A stretch of 31,619 nucleotides of DNA from contig JBPGPT010000009.1 in the NCBI GenBank assembly GCA_051047955.1, positions 558,001 through 589,619 of the forward strand, read 5' to 3'. Source of the stretch: Cystobasidiomycetes sp. EMM_F5 (taxonomy: Eukaryota). A program made the position numbers and the translations under genes. How positions within the stretch are numbered: the stretch's first letter is position 1; the number at the start of each line of letters is the position of its first letter. Below are positions 23,601-31,619 of the stretch, one piece after another. The notes below the pieces were generated by a model, which saw only the letters and a program-made list of their open reading frames with translations, did no database searches and was not told where the DNA came from.

Positions 23601-24309
23601 CTATCCCTTTACTTGCGGACCAGCAGCACTCGAGTCCTGAACTACCTTGCCTATGATGTTGTAACGCTTGCTAAAGTATGTATACCAATCCTCCAGCACC
23701 TTCATTTCCTCGTCGTCGAGCTTGGAATAGTCGGAGATGGCATCCTCTGGTTTCAAGGACGATTTGCCCAAGCCGACTGATGCGTCTTTGCCGGCAAAGA
23801 CCTGTACGACAGCATGTAGAACATTAGCCAAGGAAGAAGCTCTGTGCTGACAAACGTAGAACTGACAGAGTATCCTGCACCCGGTCCATACATTTCCTTC
23901 TTCTGAGACACATCAAAGATAGTCCCTCGATTCGCGATTTCACGTCAGATGGGGTCGGTCTAGGCATGGGTAGGTGTAGCTCACCCTTTATAGCGACATA
24001 TATTGGCCTTCCTTCTGTCTTTCCGTCGTATTTGGCGAGTTCCTCGACCGACATCGGGTCATCTTTAGGAGGATCCAGCTTTACTTCTGTCTTTGGTGCA
24101 AAGCCCGACATGACTGCTGGCAGCTGCTGCGACGTCTTCTGCTTCTGGGCTGTCGTAGATACTTTACGACTTGCGGGCCGAGATGATTTGGTAGGACCGT
24201 TCAGGGTCCAGATGGAAAGCACAAAGATGATGCAGATGTGTCCGAGCAGAGCCCACTTGTTGCGCTCAATGTAGTCTAGGAAGCCGTCGACTGCGGCAGC
24301 GTAGTGCAT
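23601..24309 (-). CDS. Cytochrome b5-like heme/steroid-binding (MAPR/Dap1-like) protein, 3 exons; alternative ATG at 24111
   Basis: DPPKDDPMSVEELAKYDG...IYVAIKG|TIFDVS...MYGPGAGYS|VFAGKDASVGLGKSSLKPED...LEDWYTYFSKRYNIIGKV. Confidence 0.92.
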
Positions 24310-24512
24310 GAGAGATCGCAGTCGTAATGAATGGAAAGAGTCAGGCGCACCACTCGAGCGGGGCAATTCACAAAACACGACAGCTAGTACAGCGAGATTC
24401 TTGCATTATTATCTGTGCATCGAGCGCAAGGTTACAACAAGCATTCATTGCACTTTGCTAAAAGAACCGCGAGGCATTCATTATCTCATTGACGTCGGCT
24501 TTATGAAGCGTA

Positions 24513-25545
24513 TCACGCCTCTTGGCTGTTCTCGCTCGAACTTCTTCCCTCCTTCACTTTCGCCCACTCTGCAAGCTTGATCTCATCAAGCCTCTTGAGC
24601 TCCGCCTCGACTCGAAGGACCGTCTCCTTTCTTTGCGCTTTGAGCACCCTTGAACCACCGAGGGAGATACCGTCCAGCTCGACTAGTAGACGGACTAGTG
24701 ACTCTTCGTACGCTTGCAGAGGTCTGTTCTCCTTGACAAATGCCAATACGGGCGTATTTGTGCTGTTTGATTTTTCCAAGTTGAAGACAAGGCTGAGATT
24801 ACAAACAAAACAGTTAGTAAATCGTCGGGAACCGGTAGACAGCATGAAAGGGATGAGCCTACCTCTCAGGCTCGACAAAGATCTCCTTCATTGAAACGAG
24901 CTGATTACGAATGTTTTGAATGGATCGCAGACCTTGTTTTGCGGAGATGACGCGCTTGGCTCTTGCGAGGACGACATCGACTGCTTCATCGTAGGAGAGC
25001 AGGGTCGATTGGATTTTGCTATGGGAGTTGTTTTCTCTTTCCACCTCGCTGGAGAGAGGCTGAATGGCTGTAGCGTCTGCTGCTTGCAACTCGTCAAAGA
25101 GGGGCTCGATGGCTGTAGTGTCTGAATCGTCTGAATCCGATTCGTCTGCTTCCTCGGATTGCAAGATTGTGTCTGAATTGGAGGTGTTGGTATGCTGTGC
25201 TTGCTCGGGCTGATGATACGTTGTGCTCGTTGTGAGCGGAGAGAAGAGGCCTCCGAATAGCTGTTGAGCGAGATGATCATTGTAGCTGGCTTGTATGCGT
25301 CGGAGTCGCTCGTCCTCCAGCACAGCTCGTCGTTTCATCTCTTGCCGTCGCTCGTTCTCCAACAAAGCTCGTCGCCTCATCGCCTCCCGTCTACGCTGCT
25401 CTTCCAGCATAGCCTGCCGATATGTGCGGTACGACTGTCCATACGGATCGCCATCCCCGCTGTAGCTGTCAACCTGAGGGTAGTATGGATATCCCGCCTG
25501 CTGGAATGGAAAGTAGGCGGATGATGTGGATGGGTATGCAAACAT
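24513..25545 (-). CDS. BAG-domain Hsp70 co-chaperone (2 exons; intron 24862-24793)
   Basis: C-terminal LAFVKENRPLQAYEESLVRLLVELDGISLGGSRVLKAQRKETVLRVEAELKRLDE matches the fungal BAG helical pattern (xYEExLxxLLxxLDxI...RKxxV); Y/P/Q-rich and R/E-rich N-terminus. Confidence 0.85.
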
Positions 25546-25594
25546 GGCGAGTGTGGTCAACGTAAGATGTACAATGTCAGTACAAGCTGTGCCC

Positions 25595-25602
25595 TTTATA
25601 TA
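25595..25602 (-). promoter_or_regulatory. TATA box (TATATAAA) of the BAG gene
   Basis: Plus-strand tttatata about 50 nt upstream of ATG 25545. Confidence 0.65.
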
Positions 25603-25642
25603 TGTCAGTCTGCACTATGCTCTCTCTGGACGTTGCTGGGCC

Positions 25643-25692
25643 ATCCTGGAAGACGGTCGAAACATCCAGAAGGGAGTGGAATCTTCTGGGAA
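25643..25692. promoter_or_regulatory. Heat-shock element (phased nGAAn array) upstream of the BAG gene
   Basis: GAA at 25649, 25659, 25669 and 25679 (exact 10-bp period), TTC at 25684, and near-TTC (TCC, ATC) at 25644 and 25664 in the inverted register. Confidence 0.7.
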
Positions 25693-26067
25693 GCGGGCAA
25701 ACCATCAGTGCAGGCTAGTCCGTAGCAGGGCAGGGGAGTGATATTAGTCATCCATGCGCTCATGACGGCCGTCACACTCAGACTCAGACCAGACTCGTGC
25801 TGTGGATGGACGCGCAAAGTGCGTGATCGGGACAGCATACCGACCAGCACGGTAGTAGTCATTGGGCTGTGGGTTGATTACGATGCAGCTGCTGTGTGCA
25901 GCAATAGTAGTCTATAATGCACAGCCCTCTTTTAACAATCCATCCGTCTACAATATCAACATCTCGTATTGCCGGCCAACGGTTGTTTACATGTTTGTTG
26001 ATTGTTGATCCAAGCTGTTAATTGACAGACCTGCTTGCCTTGGGACCGCCTGCACACCGATGGGAGC

Positions 26068-29000
26068 ATGTCCACCATCCAGGACTGGAGGCTGAGTGTC
26101 CACACTGCAGCTGACGGGAGTACTGCCCCTGCTGCTCCTTGTCCCACCCTCGTCGAGTCGGACACCTCTCCCCTCCACCCGATCAGGATAAAGAAGCAAC
26201 CTGCGACATCCGATAGCAAGCACCCGTCTACTAATGTACACTCCAAACAGCCAGTCAAGAAGATCATGTCGACCCAGATTATTGACCTGACATCCAGCCC
26301 GGAACAGCCGGCGAAGCTTCCAAGACGGAGAATAGTCTACACATCATCGCCCGAGCAGGAGAAGCAGCGATTTGTGTCCCCTTCCCCCGATTCGAGTGAT
26401 GCCAGCCTCGTACAGCTCACTTCTCGCCCAGCTGGGCCGAGTATCTATCGTCCATTGAATGCAAAGAGCAGGGCAGAACAGCTTGTACGGTCTGAAACCC
26501 AAAGAGCCGGTATTCCTCTGGGACCGCCGCGAGATCCCTCAAGATTCAACAATGCCGTCAACCAGTGTATGCTCAGACGTGATATGGATCAAGATCTGCC
26601 TTCTGCTGACATTGTCGTTTGTCATGACAGCCTTTGAGGATTACGCCAAAGCACGATCATACGTCCCATCCCCGCAACGCAAAAAGGAGAATAATCTATT
26701 CAAGCCGTCCCCTCCCTCTTCCTCTGCCCTCTTTTCAATGTCCATGTCGACAACGGTAGACCCAGTCAACGTAGAACAGGAGATTAAAGCACTCGCAGAC
26801 GGTATCATTGAGGATATGGGTGATGTAGGTGAAGAGAGCGAACTAGTCGATCCCGATGGTCTGGTGGGTCTACCAAAGTCAACAACATCCTCGAGTACCA
26901 CTGACGATCGACTTGATACTCTTTCAAGACCTGCAAACTGTTGGAACATCAATTGAAGGCCGTGCACTGGATGAAGAGCAAGGAAGAGGCAAAACGGACA
27001 AGGGCAGGTATTCTCGCTGACGATATGGGCCTGGGAAAGGTGTGTTATGTGATCCATCCTTCTTTAGGCATAGCCTCGTCTTGCTGATAATCTCGTTGAT
27101 GAACTGGTCATCGCCAGACGGTCACTAGTATCGCTTTGATACTGGCAAACAGACCATCACGAGCAAGGCCGCATCCAGACGCTGCCCGACCGCCTAGGGG
27201 TACGCTCATTGTTGCGCCAGTCGCCGTCGTAGACCAATGGCGTCAAGAGCTAGAAGCAAAAGTGGAGAAACGGATAGGACTTGTAGTACTCGTTCATCAC
27301 GGCGATTCTCGAGCCAAAAGTGCGTCCATCCTGCCACACGAGTCGCCCTCCGAAAGATGCACGACTGAAGGAGTGCATTTTGTCCCAGCTGTCGGCAAGA
27401 TGGAAAAGGCAGACGTCGGTAAGCGTTCTTCGTATGGACTGTAAGCGATTGACGTTTGCTAAACTGTGCGCAATGTGGTAGTGATTACATCCTACACGAC
27501 CGCAGCAAATGAGTATGTAGACAACGATACAGAGACGCTCGCGAAAAAGAAGAAGGGAAAGGGAAAGAACAAGGGTGAGATGAAGGACTTTATCGTCAAC
27601 GACACGAGCGACGAAGAGGTTGCGACTGTCAAGAAGCGGAGCCTGGGCATCCTGTTTCAAGCCAAGTTTCACAGAGTCATACTTGATGAGGTGGGTTCCA
27701 TCATACCGAATATAGACCCGCTCCCGTGCTAAAGCAGACGAACAAGGCGCACTGCATAAAGAATCGAAATACAAAGCAGAGCAAAGCTTGCTGTGCTCTT
27801 GACGGCAAAAATCGCTGGGCGTGAGATACATCTCCACTCTGCAGCGGCGCGATTTGTCACGATTGACTGGTCTTATTTCAGCCTGACGGGAACACCTATA
27901 CAGAATGGTGTGGTAGATCTATACGCCTTGCTCAAGTTTATGAAAATCGCACCTTTCAACGATTATCACGAGTAAGCGTAGGCGCGAGTCGAGTATTTGT
28001 TGATATGCAGTCTGAACATTGAGCAGATTCCGCTCAAGGATTGAAGATCCGGTAGAGTGCAAGCTCATCAAAGTAATCATTCTTACGCTGACGCGTGCAA
28101 ACACCTGCTTACAGATCAAGCGTCAGAATGAGAAGGCTATCGAACGGGTCCGAACACTGATGAGCAACTACATGCTTCGGCGAACAAAGGAACTCATCAA
28201 ATTGCCCGGTCTAGAGGTGATAAGCGTCTCTACTGACTTCATGGACAGGTATGTCAATGTGTTCGTATCAGTATTCGGACGACAGAGACAGCTGATGAGC
28301 AGTCGCGGTCTATAGCGATGAACGCGAGTTTTACGTTGCCCTCGCCAATAAAGCTCAACTTCAAGTCAACAAATTTGCAAAAGCCGGGACTTTGGATAGT
28401 GTGCGTCAGCCAGCATTCTCGAAACTTGATCGACAGAGTATTGCTGAATTGGGGTAACAGCAAACCATGCAAATTCTCGTTTTATTCTTGAGGATGCGAC
28501 AGGCTTGCTTGCATCCAAATCTAGGTCATTTGCGTCACAAACATGTTGGCAGACTGTGTGCTAATTCTGCTCTGCAGTCACAAAGCCCGAGGACGATGTC
28601 GAGAATGTGACTGCTGCACCGACAGACAACGATATCGACGATCTCGCATCTGCACTCGGTCGAGTCGGCCTAGGTGCATCCACTAAATGCAGCGTATGCT
28701 CAGAAGAGACGCCCAATATGGCTTCTGACGATGTGTGTAGACCGTGCGCGGATCAGCTAAAGAAGTTCAAGGGTCTACAATTTTCTACAAAGATCCGAAA
28801 ATTGCTAGAAGTGCTGGAAAATCTTCGAAAAGAAGATCCAAAGCAAAAGACGATTGTCTTTTCGCAATTCACATCATTCTTCGATATCCTTCGCCCGTTC
28901 TTGAAAAAGGCTGGTTTCACATTTGTTGATTGTGAGTCCTCTCTAATCCTCGTTGCCCCGCTATTGAGCTGACAAATGGCACATTTAGACAACGGAAGTA

Positions 29001-29688
29001 TGAAGATGTGAGCGCGCGCTTCCAACTTCATGAAGAAAGGAAAGGAAGCGGCATCGCTAACAACTCCCCGTGACGGCAGTGACAAGCGCAACGAGGCTCT
29101 AACAACGCTACGTAACGACCCCGTAACGACTATCATTCTTTGCTCGTTCAAGTGCGGATCAGTCGGCTTGAACCTGACTTGCTGCAACAATGTCTGCCTC
29201 ATGGTTCGTCGTCTTTTACATTGTCATTCGCTGGGACCTCCTACTAACGCTCCGCGTCCGACGCTGTGCAGGACTTGTGGTGGAATCCGGCCCTGGAGGC
29301 AAGTATCGTGTGCTGAATTGCATTTGGCCGTCGAGCTGACCTGCCATCCTCAGCAACAAGCATTTGATCGTGCTCATCGGTATGGACAGACGAAGCTTGT
29401 CAGGGCTTACAGGATTACCATCAAGGACACGGTCGAAGACCGCATCATTGCATTGCAGTGAGTCTCCGACGGCACCGTAATCACGCCAATAAACGCTGAT
29501 CTGACAAAATGCAGGGAGCAAAAGCGGGAGATAGCCAAAAACATTGTAGAGGGTCATAAAGGCAGAGCTGCCAAACTCAGCCGCGATGGTAGGCTTTTTA
29601 GTCGCAGATGCTGTGGCGCATGACTGACTCGGATGAATTTGTAGACGTGCTGTTCTTGTTTGACGTTCAGGCTCCACGAAAGCGGTAA
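26068..29688 (+). CDS. SNF2-family DNA translocase, Rad5/16-like group, Ris1/Uls1(Rrp1/2)-like; about 18 exons; start may be 26068 or 26266
   Basis: LLEHQLKAVHWM, GILADDMGLGK|TV, TLIVAPVAVVDQW, VVITSY, FHRVILDE|AH, LTGTPIQN, MLRRTK, LRMRQACLHP, STKIRKL, KTIVFSQFTSF, GSVGLNLTC, DLWWNPALE|QQAFDRAHRYGQ, TVEDRI; stop TAA 29686-29688. Confidence 0.93.
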
Positions 29689-30133
29689 TGTATGGACAAT
29701 GTTGGGCTGCAGAACAGTTATGAATAGGTTTATTGTTGTGTTACGCAATTCTACCACATACATACACAAACGAAAGCCGCTGTTCTTATTTTGACCGAGG
29801 ACAGCACACAGCAACTAGACTGGTGAACTTGAGGGCTGAAAGTGGTAACTCTGAACATAAAGGAGAATGCGCTAGGGGGCAACGCGGCGAGGGATGGAAG
29901 CATTGCAACATTGAAGGAATTGGGTAGAGTGAGTCAAAATAAAGACTAGATTTCTTGATCTTGTTGGGACTTTTGCTACATTGTGGCCTTTTATGATGAC
30001 TGATTCGGAAAGCGTCGACCTTTGATACAGGTGGAAGGCTGAAAAAGGGAGACTGAAAGCAAACCGCCGGTGAAGTCCTTGAGAAGACGTGGTGTGAAAA
30101 GAGTTGAATTGACTATACGGCCTGATTCTCGCA

Positions 30134-31309
30134 TTACGCCTTCTCCTTGTTGTCGCAGGCGGCGGCTCCATCGAGCAGTGCCTCCTTCTCTTCCAACTTT
30201 TCCATGGCGGAGAAAGCGACTTCGTCATCTGCCAAACGGATCTGAGCCCTCCGTCTCTCGGCAGCCCGCCTAAAGACATGAAACATGACGAGCAAGAGTG
30301 CATTGACGAGTACGGTGACTGGGTGTACGAGGACTGTGCCGACCAGAGTCATGCCATAAATGAAACCAATTGCCATTCGTCGAAAGAAGCGGTGCATGCG
30401 ATTATAGACGGTGAAACCACCTACACCGTGATGCATGTGCATGTGCTCGCCGTGTCGTTGACCTCGGAATCGGTGATGCCAGAGTCTGTGCATGTCCTCG
30501 TCGCCTTCACTGCCATCGAGGGAGTCAGCGTCATGCATGTCATGGTGATGAGCATGATGCCTGGAAGCTCTCCAGTCAGGCGATCCTTCGTCTCCGCCCT
30601 CCATCAGGCCCGAGAATGGATTCTCGACCGCGGGTCTATGCGACGAAAGGCGATGCTTGACGTGTTGCATGCTAGCCTCGTCAAAGACTCCAATGGAATC
30701 CCCGTCTTGACCATGGTCAAGTCGCGCATCTCCACCTCGTCCATTCCTTCCCCCTCCAAACCATCTTCCCCTTGCCCTGCCTCGACCGTGACACCCACCG
30801 TAGCGACGTCGGGATACAGCTGCCCCTTGTCCAGTCGATACGAAGAAGGATTTGAGCCATGCAAAGAATCCAGAAGATGATGACACGGGCGAATTCGACT
30901 GTCCGTCCATCTTTCTCCATCTCTGCACTGGCGGCAGTAGAGCAGGCATATCGTGGTGCATGACAGGGCCCAGCGAAAGTGCATGAGCATCCCCCAAATT
31001 GGCCTTTCCATCGACAGACACAGTTTCCGTCTTGACGACTTTGCCATTGGCTGATGAAACGACGAGCTGTAGGATGGGGTGAAAGGTCGTAGTGGAACGC
31101 GGTGGAAGCAGTTTACCCTCTACTTCTGTAACCCTCACCCAGACGACTACCTGTCGAACAGACAAAGAGGATGGCTTGATTCCAATGAGAGAGTCTCCGT
31201 GTTCGGGTGATGGAGACGACAAGTCTTGCGACTGTGACTGCGGCAATGCGACTTCACCCAGCGAGGCTACCTCGAGCTTTACTTCAATGCCAACGATTCC
31301 CGGAGACAT
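30134..31309 (-). CDS. Uncharacterised His-rich membrane protein with C-terminal TM segment(s); 5' end uncertain (frame stays open up to 31381)
   Basis: 391-aa intronless ORF: beta-rich N-terminal part, RG-rich tract, His clusters (HHAHHHDMH, EHMHMHH), hydrophobic AIGFIYGMTLVGTVLVHPVTVLVNALLLVMFHVF, basic RRAAERRR and an acidic tail. Confidence 0.75.
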   Translation of the reverse strand: MSPGIVGIEVKLEVASLGEVALPQSQSQDLSSPSPEHGDSLIGIKPSSLSVRQVVVWVRVTEVEGKLLPPRSTTTFHPILQLVVSSANGKVVKTETVSVDGKANLGDAHALSLGPVMHHDMPALLPPVQRWRKMDGQSNSPVSSSSGFFAWLKSFFVSTGQGAAVSRRRYGGCHGRGRARGRWFGGGRNGRGGDARLDHGQDGDSIGVFDEASMQHVKHRLSSHRPAVENPFSGLMEGGDEGSPDWRASRHHAHHHDMHDADSLDGSEGDEDMHRLWHHRFRGQRHGEHMHMHHGVGGFTVYNRMHRFFRRMAIGFIYGMTLVGTVLVHPVTVLVNALLLVMFHVFRRAAERRRAQIRLADDEVAFSAMEKLEEKEALLDGAAACDNKEKA

Positions 31310-31524
31310 CTGCTCGAGGAGAGCAGACAGTTCCGACGAGGTGATGGTGGGTCGGTCATGAGAGCGTGGAAGCGTGTATGCCTATATACAGCGAGTGACG
31401 ATTGTAGGTATACAGGGAGGATGCAAAGGAGTGGAGCATGATCGTACCCCGAGGAGCAAGGAAAAACAAGATGCAGCAATCGCCCGGGTCAAACAGGGGC
31501 GGGCACAGGAAGACCATGTGGTGG

Positions 31525-31619
31525 AGAGAGTGAAGGGGGGGGGAGAAGACAGACGTGACGTGACGAGAAGAGAAGAGACGAGACAAGAAGAAAGAGAGAA
31601 ACGAAGAAAATGAAGAGGG
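31525..31619 (-). other. Strong purine(+)/pyrimidine(-) tract, probably the CT-rich core promoter or 5' leader of the His-rich protein gene
   Basis: Almost all GA on the + strand, including a G9 run; CT-rich tracts commonly flank fungal transcription starts. Confidence 0.45.

Noticed and set aside
4438..25545. MFS + reductase + hydrolase + Zn2Cys6 TF as a secondary-metabolite or catabolic cluster
   Set aside because: No backbone enzyme, and the genes are interspersed with housekeeping NAR1 and ThrRS; nothing indicates co-regulation.
30278..30880. 200-aa plus-strand ORF
   Set aside because: Antisense shadow of the His-rich gene; its Met/Val richness mirrors CAT/CAC codons.
1..31619. Stop-codon readthrough (TGA-CTA) cryptic peroxisomal extensions; prokaryotic systems (CRISPR, operons, IS elements)
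   Set aside because: None of the stops I checked has the TGA CTA context; the DNA is spliceosomal-intron eukaryotic, and I saw no repeat-spacer arrays or transposase.

Overview
Eukaryotic fungal genomic DNA: compact, intron-rich (mostly 50-70 nt GT-AG introns with CTRAY-type branch points) and probably a basidiomycete yeast, though the taxon cannot be fixed from this window. I reconstructed 15 protein-coding genes by splicing by hand, since most of the six-frame ORFs are exon fragments or antisense shadows. In order: MscS-like EF-hand mechanosensitive channel (runs off the left edge), small secreted GDSGN-motif protein, MCT-type MFS transporter, NAR1, pyroglutamyl peptidase I, zeta-crystallin-like NADPH:quinone reductase, threonyl-tRNA synthetase, two tandem paralogous 13-exon four-TM proteins of unknown family, dienelactone hydrolase, Zn2Cys6 transcription factor, cytochrome-b5-like MAPR protein, BAG-domain co-chaperone, Uls1/Ris1-like SNF2 ATPase, and a His-rich membrane protein. 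I found no tRNA, rRNA, transposon or CRISPR. The best candidate for something undescribed is the tandem pair of micro-exon-built, possibly claudin-like tetraspan proteins (15997-19347), which includes an apparent one-codon intron shift. Other notable signals are two-ATG dual-targeting architectures, a 5-nt micro-exon, several GC-AG introns, a phased heat-shock element, and a hairpin just downstream of ThrRS. No database searches were run, so family calls rest on recognised motifs.
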